Shown here: one piece after another, positions 10,682-21,068 of the stretch
Position numbering within the stretch: position 1 is the first letter of the stretch
How the letters are laid out: every line of letters starts with the position of its first letter
From: Bacteroidota bacterium
GTDB lineage: Bacteria > Bacteroidota > Bacteroidia > UKL13-3
Direction: 5' to 3'
NCBI GenBank assembly: GCA_046314755.1
Contig: JBKDBG010000105.1
Span: forward strand, 1 to 57,314
Length of the DNA stretch: 57,314 nucleotides
The notes under the pieces: generated by a model
The model's input: only the letters and a program-made list of their open reading frames with translations
The model's database searches: none
Told to the model about the DNA's origin: nothing
Made by a program: the position numbers and the translations under genes

Positions 10682-10716
10682 AAATAGAGATGAGGTTTAA
10701 CGGCTCATCCCTATTT
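10682..10716 (-). terminator. Stem-loop between the two orphan genes (terminator/attenuator-like)
   Basis: Minus strand AAATAGGGATGAG-loop-CTCATCTCTATTT(T): 13-bp stem with one G-U pair, short U run. Confidence 0.5.
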
Positions 10717-10742
10717 ACATCCTATTTATTATTGAAACAGCA

Positions 10743-11207
10743 TTAATCTATATTTTCAAAAGTGACCACGATTGACTCTTCTGGATTCCCTGACTCATCG
10801 GTGCTTGAACTCCAAGTTACAACAAACTTAAATAACATATTCAGCGTTGTGTTAAATACACTCTTAGAATGGCTGCCATTGTTTACTCCGTTACCAATTT
10901 GTAATGCAGCGAAGTTAAATAAGTCAATTGAAGTGTTACTTACCCAATCTGGATTTTCGTATAGTGATGGAATAGCCATCGGATTTTTCGGGCATATACC
11001 TAAACCCCAATCACAATTGACAAATCTTGCATAATACACATATGTACTCCCATCGGGTAATTCAATAGACATGGGTGTTCTAAAGTCATCAACAGAACAT
11101 AACAGGCAATTTTTTTTGTAAGATACAGTAATGGTAGGTGGCTGTTTGGCATAAGTTAGGTCTAATAAAAATACAGACAATAAAATGCTTAGTGTGATTC
11201 TTTTCAT
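10743..11207 (-). CDS. Hypothetical small secreted Cys-containing protein
   Basis: Signal peptide from MKRITLSILL (ATG 11207); CLLC and CDWGLGIC motifs. Confidence 0.7.
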   Translation of the reverse strand: MKRITLSILLSVFLLDLTYAKQPPTITVSYKKNCLLCSVDDFRTPMSIELPDGSTYVYYARFVNCDWGLGICPKNPMAIPSLYENPDWVSNTSIDLFNFAALQIGNGVNNGSHSKSVFNTTLNMLFKFVVTWSSSTDESGNPEESIVVTFENID

Positions 11208-11495
11208 TTTTTCTTGCGGTTTATACATCAAAACCTGCTGAAAACTTTAGGTTAGAACAAATGATTAAAATATTCACCAATTAACCTTTATGCGCACTTG
11301 GATTTATGGTAAATACATTACAATTTTAAGGAGGCAAAAAAAATCTTACACTAGAAGAAATTCTATTAGTTAAAGAAAAATAGAAAAAGTTCTATTGCGC
11401 TTCACAAACAATTTCTAAATTAAAATTATATGATGGAAATTGGCACCATTATGTTTCCATTATGCAGATCCATTTGTTTCCCCTAAATTGGCCAC

Positions 11496-12257
11496 ATGGA
11501 TATAGTAAGCTATAATGTAAACGGTATACGTTCGGCTATTGGTAAAGGATTGCTTAATTGGATGGAAAGCCGCAAGGCTGATGTATATTGTTTTCAAGAA
11601 ACCAAAGCAGATAAAAGTCAGGTTGATTTAAGTGCGTTTGAGTTGTTAGGCTATAATAGTTATTGGTTTAGTGCCGAAAAAAAAGGATACAGTGGTGTTG
11701 CTATTTTTACCAAGCATCAACCCAAGCAAGTGCGTTATGGTTTTGGCCATGCCGATTATGATAAGGAAGGCCGTGCCGTGCAAGTTGATTTTGATGGATT
11801 AAGTGTAATGAGTGTGTATATTCCATCCGGCACAACAGGGGATGAACGCCAAGCGTTTAAAATGAATTTGCTTTCTTTTTTTGATGGGTTTGTTGCACAA
11901 CGTTTGGAGGAAACACCTCATTTATTGGTTTGTGGTGATTACAATATTTGTCATCAGCCCATTGATATACACGACCCTGTGAGCAACAAAAATAGCAGTG
12001 GTTTTTTGCCTGAAGAGCGCGAATGGTTAAGCCGTTTTATGGATGGTGGTTTTATTGATACGTTTAGACATTTTAATAAAGACCCGCATCATTACAGCTG
12101 GTGGACGTTTAGGGCAAATGCACGAGCAAATAATAAAGGTTGGCGTATTGATTATTGCATGGCGCATCAACCGCTTTTACCTAGATTAAAAGATGCCGGC
12201 ATCCATGCAGATGTGGTGCACAGCGACCATTGCCCGATATGGGTTCGGGTTGATTAA
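11496..12257 (+). CDS. xth: Exodeoxyribonuclease III (AP endonuclease)
   Basis: SYNVNGIR, CFQETK, KKGYSGVAI, GDYNICH, YSWW, GWRIDY, SDHCP. Confidence 0.96.
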   Translation: MDIVSYNVNGIRSAIGKGLLNWMESRKADVYCFQETKADKSQVDLSAFELLGYNSYWFSAEKKGYSGVAIFTKHQPKQVRYGFGHADYDKEGRAVQVDFDGLSVMSVYIPSGTTGDERQAFKMNLLSFFDGFVAQRLEETPHLLVCGDYNICHQPIDIHDPVSNKNSSGFLPEEREWLSRFMDGGFIDTFRHFNKDPHHYSWWTFRANARANNKGWRIDYCMAHQPLLPRLKDAGIHADVVHSDHCPIWVRVD

Positions 12258-12715
12258 AATGGGTTTGAGCTGATGTAAAGCATAGTGCCTTCTTGCCTTA
12301 CAAAATATTGTTTTAAAGCACGTTTTGCAGCGCCTTCCAGCACACCACCTGTTGCAGGATCAAATTTACTGTTGCAACAGGGTGTCCATCCGGGAGTATA
12401 TTGTCCGCAGCGATAAAAAGCATTGCTGTTGTCCATGCTAACAAAACTGCAAGCATCAGTTGGGTTGTTTGGGCACGTGCGATCAAAAGCTACATATTCA
12501 TTGTAAATGGTTCGGTAAATAATAATTCCTTTGTTTCCTCCAAACTCATAAATATAACCTTGCGGTACCGATAAGGGTGCAGCATTCGGCAAGCTTAAAT
12601 TAATGGCAATATTTACTTGTACAGGTGTAAAAAAATCAGCATTACCATTTACGCTATCTTTTTCGCAAGCAGTAAGCCCAACAGCAAACAACAATATAAC
12701 GGCAAACTTATTCAT
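12254..12715 (-). CDS. Rieske-like lipoprotein (Cys-only ligand pattern)
   Basis: Lipobox GLTAC from ATG 12715; AFDRTCP...C...RC...PCCNSKFD..TG...LKQY resembles a Rieske small domain. Confidence 0.7.
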   Translation of the reverse strand: MNKFAVILLFAVGLTACEKDSVNGNADFFTPVQVNIAINLSLPNAAPLSVPQGYIYEFGGNKGIIIYRTIYNEYVAFDRTCPNNPTDACSFVSMDNSNAFYRCGQYTPGWTPCCNSKFDPATGGVLEGAAKRALKQYFVRQEGTMLYISSNPF

Positions 12716-13559
12716 ACGTATAAAATCCTTTACCGCTTTTACGGCCATGGTGCCCGGCATCTACTTTTTGTTTTTGAATGCGGCTGGGTCTAAACTTTCC
12801 ATCTTGATGGAACAAATTATAAATGGAATTGGTTACTGAAAAGTTGGTGTCAACTCCAATTAAATCCATTAACTTAAAGGGGCCCATTTTAAATCCCGAA
12901 CTTTCCATTAATGCATCAATGGTTTCAAAATCAGCTACACGCTCTTCTGCCAATAACAACGATTCAACATAATAATGGCGTGCCACACGGTTTACTATAA
13001 AGCCCGGTGCATCTGCAGCCATCACACCAGTTTTTCCCATGCCTTCGATAAGTTGTTTGCAATAGTTGGCAACGCTCGGTTCAGTTTCGGCACCACTAAT
13101 AATTTCAACCAGTTTCATAATAGGAGCCGGGTTAAAAAAATGAATACCTAAAAAACGTTTTGGGTTGGGTACTCCTGCTGCAATTTGCGTAACCGGAATA
13201 CTGGAAGTGTTGGTGGCTAATATGCAATGTTCGCTGTTTGCAGCTGCTACATCCTTAAAAAATTGTTGTTTAATATCCAATCGCTCTACAATGGCCTCAA
13301 TAATTAAATCGGCACTGAGTTGATTAACTTGGGTGGTGTAGGTGATTCGAGAAAGTATAACCGTTTTTTGTTCAGCACTTAACTTTTGTTTTTGCACCAA
13401 ACTTTCTAAACTTTTTTCTATTCCGGCTTTTGCTTTTTCGAGCATGCTTTCTTGAATATCAAAAAGGATGGTGGCAAATCCGTTGGTGGCAGTTACTTGA
13501 GCAATTCCTGCACCCATGGTTCCTGCTCCGGCAATACCAATAGTTTGTACTTGTATCAT
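12708..13559 (-). CDS. 3-hydroxyacyl-CoA (3-hydroxybutyryl-CoA/PaaH-like) dehydrogenase
   Basis: GAGTMGAGIA, IEAIVE, LATNTSS, GIHFFNPAP, PGFIVNR, GFKMGPF.LMDLIGVD, GRKSGKGFY. Confidence 0.93.
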   Translation of the reverse strand: MIQVQTIGIAGAGTMGAGIAQVTATNGFATILFDIQESMLEKAKAGIEKSLESLVQKQKLSAEQKTVILSRITYTTQVNQLSADLIIEAIVERLDIKQQFFKDVAAANSEHCILATNTSSIPVTQIAAGVPNPKRFLGIHFFNPAPIMKLVEIISGAETEPSVANYCKQLIEGMGKTGVMAADAPGFIVNRVARHYYVESLLLAEERVADFETIDALMESSGFKMGPFKLMDLIGVDTNFSVTNSIYNLFHQDGKFRPSRIQKQKVDAGHHGRKSGKGFYTYE

Positions 13560-13563
13560 CATT

Positions 13564-13571
13564 CAAAAATA
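13564..13571 (-). promoter_or_regulatory. -7 promoter box (TATTTTTG)
   Basis: TAnnTTTG 4 nt before ATG 13559. Confidence 0.55.
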
Positions 13572-13664
13572 TAAAACAACGGTGAATTCATGTTATACTG
13601 CATGTAAATAATCAATACCGGAATAATCGTATTGCTCAATTATTCAATACCCGGCTATCAGAAA

Positions 13665-15470
13665 CTATATTTTATCTCCTCTCAATGCCCTAAATCGCTT
13701 ACGAACCTCGGTTAAATAAAAACTTCCCGGATAGGTATCAATAAATTGCTCGTAACACTTTCTTGCTTTTTCCACGTCATTCAGTTTGCTTTCATACAAA
13801 TCAGCCAACATAAACAAGGCGTTATCGCCCAAAATGCCACTGCCATGCTCTTTCACTACCCTATCAAATAAACTCATTGCCTTGGTGTAATCTTTTTGTT
13901 TTAAGGCAATTTCGGCACGTTTAAAAATTACATCGTCAGTAAGTTCATGTTTAGGATAGTTTTTTTCAATGCTGTCTAACAATAATCCGGCATCACTCAA
14001 TCGGTTTTGAAAAAAATACAAATCGGCACGGGCAAACCATTTCATGGGCTCTTCATTGCTGTCAATGGTATTGTCTTGAATAATTAATGATAATTCAATG
14101 GCATTATTTGCAATAAGCTGTGTGGTGGCAGTTTTTAATACATCAAGCTGTGCCCTGGCCCATTCAAATTCACCTAAATAATAGGAGAGTTTGGCATTGC
14201 GAAATTTAGCTTCTTGTCCGAGCGGGTTTTCTAAAAAATCTTTATCTACTTGTCCGTAAAGCAACATGGCTTCCCATTCTTCTCCCTTCAACACATAAAT
14301 ATCTGCCAAATCTAATTTGCATTGCGCTTTAAACGATGCATCCAATCGTTCCATGGTGAGGATATCGCGGTAATTGATAATGGCTGAATCATATTTAAAC
14401 AAATAGTAAGCCTGTAGTTGTGCCAACTCCTTGATGGCTGATGCAGAAAATGGATACTTTCCAAACTCTTTTAAAAAGTTGAGATAATCTTGCTCGAGCA
14501 AGTTTAAGTCGGCTGCAGTGTATTTGCCGGCATACATAATTTTTTGATTACGTGCCCTAATTACGCCCAACTTAGCATTAATGTAGTTGGCATTGTTTGT
14601 TCCCATGGCTACCACTTCCATGTAGGCTTTTGCAGCTGCATCATATCGTTGGTTTGATAAGGCTAAATCAGCCAGCATCATAATGCGCCTGCCTTCTTCA
14701 CGGTTACGTTTATCAATAGCCCGCGTTTGTATTAAAGCTTGATCAAATTCTTTGCGTTGCACAAAAACCCAAACCAACATTTCAGGATATAAATCGGTGG
14801 CCGGATTTTCTTTGCTCTTTTTAATCAATACTTGTTTTACCAATTCATAATCTGCATCATCATCAAGGTATAGTTGCAAATAACCTTGTACATCTTCAAT
14901 TAAATGAGGTTCTTTAAGTACAGCTGCCATGTATTCTTGCACTACAAGTCCTGTTTCTCTTTTATCGGCATACAGTTCGGCCAGCTCAATACAAAATAAA
15001 AAGTTATTGCCTCCGTTTAATTTCCTGCCTCTTAAATAAACTTGTATGGCTTCATCTTTAAAATTACGTTTTCTAAACGCATTGGCAGTTTCAACAATAC
15101 TTTCTTGGTATGGGTTGAGTTTTTGAATGACTTCAACAAAAATCTTTTTTGCCTTTTCCGGTTGTCCCGAAGCATGATATACATAACCTAAATCAACCTT
15201 GTAATAAGCGCTTTGTTCAAATTTACGTTGCTGTTTTTTTACCAGTTTTTCTGCCTCATCAAAACGTTTCAGTTTAAAGTAGGCATTAAGCAGGTTGTCA
15301 TAAATATAGGTTGATTTATTCCCTTTGTTATACAATCGTTCATAAATATCAACGGCTTTATCAAACTCGTTATTGCTCATGTATTGCGCAGCCAACTGCT
15401 CTTCTTGTTGTTGAGCAATAACCGGCACACTAGTACACATCAATAAAAACAATAACCAACGTTTAAACAT
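13665..15470 (-). CDS. Exported tetratricopeptide repeat protein
   Basis: Signal peptide from MFKRWLL (ATG 15470); many TPR helices; IANNAIEL and YPGSFY...RKRFRALRGD C-terminus typical of a Bacteroidota TPR family. Confidence 0.85.
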   Translation of the reverse strand: MFKRWLLFLLMCTSVPVIAQQQEEQLAAQYMSNNEFDKAVDIYERLYNKGNKSTYIYDNLLNAYFKLKRFDEAEKLVKKQQRKFEQSAYYKVDLGYVYHASGQPEKAKKIFVEVIQKLNPYQESIVETANAFRKRNFKDEAIQVYLRGRKLNGGNNFLFCIELAELYADKRETGLVVQEYMAAVLKEPHLIEDVQGYLQLYLDDDADYELVKQVLIKKSKENPATDLYPEMLVWVFVQRKEFDQALIQTRAIDKRNREEGRRIMMLADLALSNQRYDAAAKAYMEVVAMGTNNANYINAKLGVIRARNQKIMYAGKYTAADLNLLEQDYLNFLKEFGKYPFSASAIKELAQLQAYYLFKYDSAIINYRDILTMERLDASFKAQCKLDLADIYVLKGEEWEAMLLYGQVDKDFLENPLGQEAKFRNAKLSYYLGEFEWARAQLDVLKTATTQLIANNAIELSLIIQDNTIDSNEEPMKWFARADLYFFQNRLSDAGLLLDSIEKNYPKHELTDDVIFKRAEIALKQKDYTKAMSLFDRVVKEHGSGILGDNALFMLADLYESKLNDVEKARKCYEQFIDTYPGSFYLTEVRKRFRALRGDKI

Positions 15471-15567
15471 AGCACGAAAATATACAAACCATCGTTTATT
15501 GTTTATATCAACGAAAAAATGCAATAATATTTTATCCTACTTTTGAGCACCATAAATTGTTATTATA

Positions 15568-17049
15568 TTGAATCCACTTAAAAAGCTTGCCTCGCAAACG
15601 GCTGTTTACGGAGCAAGTCACATCATAGGCCGATTTATAAACTACCTGTTGGTGCCCCTGCACACGGCTACATTTGCAACGGCTGAATATGGCATCAATA
15701 ACTTAATGTATTCTTACGTTACTTTTTTTAACGTATTACTCACCTATGGCATGGAAACGGCCTTTTTTCGTTACGCACAAAAACATGATACGCCTGATGA
15801 AGTATACAGTACAGGTCTTACTTCGTTAATCGGAAGTTCCTCTGTGTTTGTGTTATTGGGTTTGTTATTCGCTTCACCTATTGCACAAACCATTGGTATT
15901 GGTGCCCACCCGGAGTATGTCATTTATTTTGTGTTGATTATTGCTTTTGATGCAGTTTGTGCATTGCCATTTGCCTATTTACGTCAACAAAACAAGGCCT
16001 TGAAATTTGCGCTTGTAAAAAACCTAAGCATCTTCATCAACATCTTGCTTAATTTATATTTTTTACTGCTTTGTCCGTTTGTGTTTACTAAGCACCAAAT
16101 TCAGCTGCCTTTGTATACCGGCCAAATGGATGTTGGTTATATCTTTTTAGCCAATTTAATCGCATCAGTAATTACCATTCCGTTATTGCTGAGCGAGTTT
16201 TTAGCAATTACAAAAGCGAGATTTAACAAAACCCTGTGGCGACAATTAATGGTGTATGGCTTGCCGCTTATGGTAGTTGGTTTTGCGGGTATGATTAATG
16301 AAGCGTTGGATCGAATCATATTGTCATACATGTACACTGATGTGCAAAAAGGACTTGAAGCAACCGGTATTTATGGTGCAAATTATAAGTTAGCCATATT
16401 AATGACTTTATTTATTCAAGCATTTAGATACGCTGCCGAACCATTCTTTTTTAATCATGCCAAAACCAGCGACAAGCGTGATATTTACGGCCACGTAATG
16501 AACTATTTTGTATTGGTATGTTTGGGGCTGTTTTTAGTGGTTACCTTATACATTGATGTGTTTAAACATTTTATTGATTCCCGCTATTGGGAAGGTTTAA
16601 AAGTGGTACCTGTTTTGTTGATGGCAAATTTATTTTTAGGTGTGTATTACAATCTATCGGTGTGGTATAAATTAAGTGATAAAACCAATATTGGAGCCGT
16701 AATTTCATTAATTGGGGCAGGTATAACCATTGCTGCCAATTTTGCATTGATTCCAATTTTGGGTTATGAAGGCTCCGCTTGGGCTACTTTGATTTGTTAT
16801 TTCAGCATGGTGGTCATAAGCTATTTTCTAGGAAATAAATATTACCCGATTCCTTATCAAGTAAAACAATTAAGTGCTTACATTTCAATTGCTTTATTGT
16901 TATTTTTTACGCAACAATTATTGATTAAGAAGCTGTTGACAGATTCGGTATTCCATCATGTTTCGGCAGCTTTGTTTATCCTGTTGTTTGCCGGAATTGC
17001 TTTCCTTGCCGAGCGTAAACAACTTAGCCAATTATTTAGTAGGGGTTAA
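15568..17049 (+). CDS. Oligosaccharide flippase (Wzx/MOP superfamily)
   Basis: Many hydrophobic TM segments; LASQTAVYG, LTYGMETAFFRY, GIYGANYKL, AFRYAAEPFFF. Confidence 0.9.
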   Translation: MNPLKKLASQTAVYGASHIIGRFINYLLVPLHTATFATAEYGINNLMYSYVTFFNVLLTYGMETAFFRYAQKHDTPDEVYSTGLTSLIGSSSVFVLLGLLFASPIAQTIGIGAHPEYVIYFVLIIAFDAVCALPFAYLRQQNKALKFALVKNLSIFINILLNLYFLLLCPFVFTKHQIQLPLYTGQMDVGYIFLANLIASVITIPLLLSEFLAITKARFNKTLWRQLMVYGLPLMVVGFAGMINEALDRIILSYMYTDVQKGLEATGIYGANYKLAILMTLFIQAFRYAAEPFFFNHAKTSDKRDIYGHVMNYFVLVCLGLFLVVTLYIDVFKHFIDSRYWEGLKVVPVLLMANLFLGVYYNLSVWYKLSDKTNIGAVISLIGAGITIAANFALIPILGYEGSAWATLICYFSMVVISYFLGNKYYPIPYQVKQLSAYISIALLLFFTQQLLIKKLLTDSVFHHVSAALFILLFAGIAFLAERKQLSQLFSRG

Positions 17050-17105
17050 CTTATTACAAATAGTCGGTATTTCAGTAAAAACACTATTTTCGTACGGTTA
17101 AGCTT

Positions 17106-17540
17106 ATGCGTATACGTATTATTAATCAATCAACCAATGCGCTTCCTGCCTATGAAACCGAACATGCTGCGGGTATGGATATTCGTGCAAATGTGGAGGT
17201 TTCGGAATGGTTGGCTCCCGGTGAGCGGAAACTGATTCCTACAGGATTGTTTATGGAGCTACCGGTTGGCTTTGAGGCACAAATTCGTCCGCGAAGCGGT
17301 TTGGCTTTTAAATATGGCATAACCGTATTAAACGCTCCGGGTACTATTGATGCCGATTATAGGGGAGAAGTAAAAGTGTTGTTGATTAATTTAGGTAACG
17401 AGGCTTTTGAAATTAAGCCGGGTGAACGCATCGCACAAATGATTGTGGCTAAACATGAGCAAGTGCAATGGGCGTTAACCGATACATTAAGCGAAACCAA
17501 CCGTGGTGCCGGAGGTTACGGCAGCACAGGAAAACAATAA
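17106..17540 (+). CDS. dut: dUTP diphosphatase
   Basis: All five dUTPase motifs: [37 protein letters not shown]. Confidence 0.98.
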   Translation: MRIRIINQSTNALPAYETEHAAGMDIRANVEVSEWLAPGERKLIPTGLFMELPVGFEAQIRPRSGLAFKYGITVLNAPGTIDADYRGEVKVLLINLGNEAFEIKPGERIAQMIVAKHEQVQWALTDTLSETNRGAGGYGSTGKQ

Positions 17541-17574
17541 AACCTAATCTGTTAATTAAAATAAAACAAAACGA

Positions 17575-18585
17575 ATGAAAATTATTGTTCCAATGGCAGG
17601 TATGGGCAAGCGCATGCGCCCTCATACCCTTACAGTTCCTAAACCATTAATTCCGGTTGCAGGAAAACCAATTGTACAAAAAATTATTGAAGACCTAAAA
17701 GATGTTTGTGGTGAAGGCATTGAAGAAGTGGCTTATATTATTCACCCAAGTTTTGGCAAAGATGTAGAACAAAAACTCATTGATGTAGCAGGAAAACTTG
17801 GTGCAAAAGGAAGCATTCACTATCAAACAGAGGCCTTGGGAACTGCTCATGCAATTATGTGTGCCAAAGAAGCGATTGATGGTAATGTATTAATTGTATT
17901 TGCCGATACTTTATTTAAAGCAGGCTTCACCCTTGACCGTTCGAAAGATGGGATTATTTGGGTTCAAAAAATTGAAGATCCAAGTCAATTTGGTGTGGTA
18001 AAATTAGATGCCCATGGTGTAATCACAGATTTCGTAGAAAAGCCAACTACATTTGTAAGTGACTTGGCCATTATCGGAATTTATTACTTTAAAGATGGTG
18101 CCAACTTGCGCAATGAATTGCAGTATTTGTTGGATAACGACATTAAAGAAAAAGGAGAATACCAACTTACCAACGCACTTGAAAACATGAAATTGAAAGG
18201 GTTAAATTTTGTACCCGGGCAAGTTCAAGAGTGGTTGGATTGCGGCAATAAAAATTCTACAGTATATACCAATTCGCGAGTGCTTGCACACATGGTGGAA
18301 GCCGGAGTGAATATGGTTGATGCTTCTGCTGTGTTGGAAAATGCGCAAGTGATTCAACCGAGTTTTATTGGCAAAAATGTAGTGATAAAAAATGCAGTGG
18401 TTGGTCCTTATGCCAGCATTGGCGATGGATGTACCATTGAACGCAGCATAGTTGAAAATTGTATCATACAAACCAATACCAAAATTAAAAACGCAGTGGT
18501 AAACAATGCCATGTTGGGTAGCCACGTTGAGTATGTTGGAGAGGTTAAAGACTTAAGCGTAGGTGATTACACTACCATCAAATAA
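17575..18585 (+). CDS. Sugar-phosphate nucleotidyltransferase (glucose-1-phosphate thymidylyltransferase long-form-like)
   Basis: PMAGMGKRMRPHT..PKPL, ALGTAHA, FVEKP, WLDCG; C-terminal hexapeptide repeats. Confidence 0.9.
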   Translation: MKIIVPMAGMGKRMRPHTLTVPKPLIPVAGKPIVQKIIEDLKDVCGEGIEEVAYIIHPSFGKDVEQKLIDVAGKLGAKGSIHYQTEALGTAHAIMCAKEAIDGNVLIVFADTLFKAGFTLDRSKDGIIWVQKIEDPSQFGVVKLDAHGVITDFVEKPTTFVSDLAIIGIYYFKDGANLRNELQYLLDNDIKEKGEYQLTNALENMKLKGLNFVPGQVQEWLDCGNKNSTVYTNSRVLAHMVEAGVNMVDASAVLENAQVIQPSFIGKNVVIKNAVVGPYASIGDGCTIERSIVENCIIQTNTKIKNAVVNNAMLGSHVEYVGEVKDLSVGDYTTIK

Positions 18586-20293
18586 ATATCGTTTACAAAT
18601 TATTGTATTAGCGTTGTTGCTTTTCGGCACAACGCTTTCTCTTTTTGCGCAAAAAAATAAGCCTTTGCCCGAGGCCCAGCAAATTGCATTTGACCAAAGT
18701 TTTATTAATGCCAATAAATATTTGATGTTAAAGATGCCGGATGAAGCTTGGGGCGAAATTCAACGTGCATTAAGCATTTTGCCTGAATCGGGCGCTGCCA
18801 ATTATGTGGCCGGGAAAATTGCTCAACAAAAAGGGATGTTGGCTGATGCGGAACGATACAGTAAAAATGCTACACAGGCCGAACCGAATAATATTTGGTA
18901 TCACGTGCAATTGGCAGAAGTGCTGAAACAACAAAAAAAGTATTACGAGGCAGCCTTGGTTGGCGAATACATCTATTTAAAAATAAGCCCTACCCAAGAA
19001 CGTTTGTATGAAGCAACTTACTTGTATGTAATGGCCGGTAAATTGGATGCGGCTTTAAAGTTGTTAAATGATGGAGAAAAACGATTTGGCATTGATGAGG
19101 ATATCATTCGACAAAAAGAGAGTATTTATTTAGCCAAAAATCAACCCAAAAAAGCGATTGCCGAAGTAGAAAAACTGACAAAAGCTTTTCCTCAAAATAC
19201 CAGATACATGGGTATGCTTGCCGATTTGTATCTAACCAATAAGCAAGAACAAAAAGCGGTTTCGCTCTACCAAAAAATTCTTTCCATTGAACCCGATAAT
19301 GGTTTTGCTTTGTTGGCCATTGCGGATTACCACAGGCATAAAAAAGAATGGAACAATTGGTATGAGTTTACTCTTCGTGCGGTGCAAAGCAAAAACACAG
19401 ATGTAAAATCAAAGCTAAAAGCCATAGTTGATTGGATTACTTATCCTGAATCAATTGAAAACAAAAATGAAAGAATATTTGCTTTAGCAAACGCATTAAC
19501 CGATGCCAACCCTGGAGAATCGGCTGCATTTGCTTTGCTTGGTGATTTATATGCTCGTGAAGGGAAAATAGAAGAAGCGTATTTAAATTACAGCAAGTCG
19601 GTTGAAATTGAACCGAACAATTACAACATGTGGAGACAACTGATTGTATGTAACAACGAAACCAAAAATCATACCCGCATGTTGGTTGATGCCGAGAAGG
19701 CAGCTCAATTGTTTCCAACGGAGTCGATATTTTATTTGTATTATTCTTTTTCGGCTTTGCAATTAAAGGAGTATGCCAAATGCATTCGCATGGCACGTTT
19801 AGGTGTAGAGTCGATTTATGAAAACGATTTGAAGGTTCAATTACTCATTATTATGGGTGATGCAGCACATTATGCCAAACAATATGAAACGTGCGACTCA
19901 GCCTATACGCAAGCCTTAGAGCTTGAGCCCGCAAATGTGAATGCCTTAAATAATTATGCGTATTTCCTTTCCTTACGAAAAATAAAATTGAATGAGGCTG
20001 AAGAAATGAGCAAAAAATGTGTTCAGGAAGAGCCCAATAATGCTTCCTATTTAGACACCTATGGTTGGATATTATTCGTACAAAAGAAATATGCCGATGC
20101 CCTTACGTACATCCAACGTGCCCATCATGCCGATCCGGAAAATGCCGAGGTAAACGAACATTTAGGAGATGTGTTGTATTTTAACAATGAAATCGACAGA
20201 GCTATATTGCATTGGAATAAGGCAAAACAGTTGGGCAGTAACAGCAAAATATTAGATAAAAAAATTAAGGATAAAAAGTGGTATGAAGAGTAA
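18563..20293 (+). CDS. Tetratricopeptide repeat protein
   Basis: Multiple TPRs; ALNNYAYFL, YLDTYGWILF, EHLGDVLY. Confidence 0.88.
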   Translation: MITLPSNKYRLQIIVLALLLFGTTLSLFAQKNKPLPEAQQIAFDQSFINANKYLMLKMPDEAWGEIQRALSILPESGAANYVAGKIAQQKGMLADAERYSKNATQAEPNNIWYHVQLAEVLKQQKKYYEAALVGEYIYLKISPTQERLYEATYLYVMAGKLDAALKLLNDGEKRFGIDEDIIRQKESIYLAKNQPKKAIAEVEKLTKAFPQNTRYMGMLADLYLTNKQEQKAVSLYQKILSIEPDNGFALLAIADYHRHKKEWNNWYEFTLRAVQSKNTDVKSKLKAIVDWITYPESIENKNERIFALANALTDANPGESAAFALLGDLYAREGKIEEAYLNYSKSVEIEPNNYNMWRQLIVCNNETKNHTRMLVDAEKAAQLFPTESIFYLYYSFSALQLKEYAKCIRMARLGVESIYENDLKVQLLIIMGDAAHYAKQYETCDSAYTQALELEPANVNALNNYAYFLSLRKIKLNEAEEMSKKCVQEEPNNASYLDTYGWILFVQKKYADALTYIQRAHHADPENAEVNEHLGDVLYFNNEIDRAILHWNKAKQLGSNSKILDKKIKDKKWYEE

Positions 20294-21068
20294 TCTGTTC
20301 ATCGGGTTTGTTTTTACGGTTTCTTTTTTGATGGTTCAATGCAAATCAAAAAAGGCAGTAACGGAACACCGCGAACCGAAAGAAATGGTGCGTGTGCCTA
20401 AAACAGAAGAGTTGGTACTTGAGAAAATCAATCAATCCGTTAACGATTTTAATTATTACCAAGCAAAAGGTATTTTAAAGTTTGATGATGGCAAACAAAA
20501 GCAAGAAGTTGATGTAAACATTATTATGGAAAAAGGCCGCTACATTTGGATGAATGTAACAGCCGTTTTAGGTGTAGAAGTAGCACGTGTTTATATTACC
20601 AACGACAGTGTAAAGATTTTAGATCGCTTGCATCGCAAGTATATTGAAACAGATTTTGCTTGGATAAACGGGCTGCTTAATACACCCATGAAACTAGAAA
20701 ATTTGCAAAATTTATTGGTGGGAAATACCATTTTCAACAACTATGTACAAAAAAGTGTAATTGATACCTTGCTGGGTAATTTGGCGGTTTATACCAACTT
20801 ACAAAAACACAAACAAAGTACCTTTTACAGCCCGCAGTTTAAAGTACAACGCAGCGAAATTAATGAAACGGAAACCCAGCGTTTGTTTAAAGTGGCCTAT
20901 GAGGGTTTTTATGAAAGTGAACAAAACAAGTACCCGCAGCGACTTGATATTCACATTCGGGCAGAAAAAAACATAGATTGTACCTTGCAATTAGGCAATT
21001 TTGTGTTTGAGAAAAAACGTGAAGTTCAATTCACGGTGCCATCAAGCTATGAAAGGGTTAAACCATAA
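20283..21068 (+). CDS. DUF4292-family lipoprotein
   Basis: Lipoprotein signal (..VQC-KSKK); IWMNV..LGVEVARVYITNDSV, LQNLLVG, F.VPSSY; conserved position between TPR and M23 genes. Confidence 0.82.
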   Translation: MKSNLFIGFVFTVSFLMVQCKSKKAVTEHREPKEMVRVPKTEELVLEKINQSVNDFNYYQAKGILKFDDGKQKQEVDVNIIMEKGRYIWMNVTAVLGVEVARVYITNDSVKILDRLHRKYIETDFAWINGLLNTPMKLENLQNLLVGNTIFNNYVQKSVIDTLLGNLAVYTNLQKHKQSTFYSPQFKVQRSEINETETQRLFKVAYEGFYESEQNKYPQRLDIHIRAEKNIDCTLQLGNFVFEKKREVQFTVPSSYERVKP

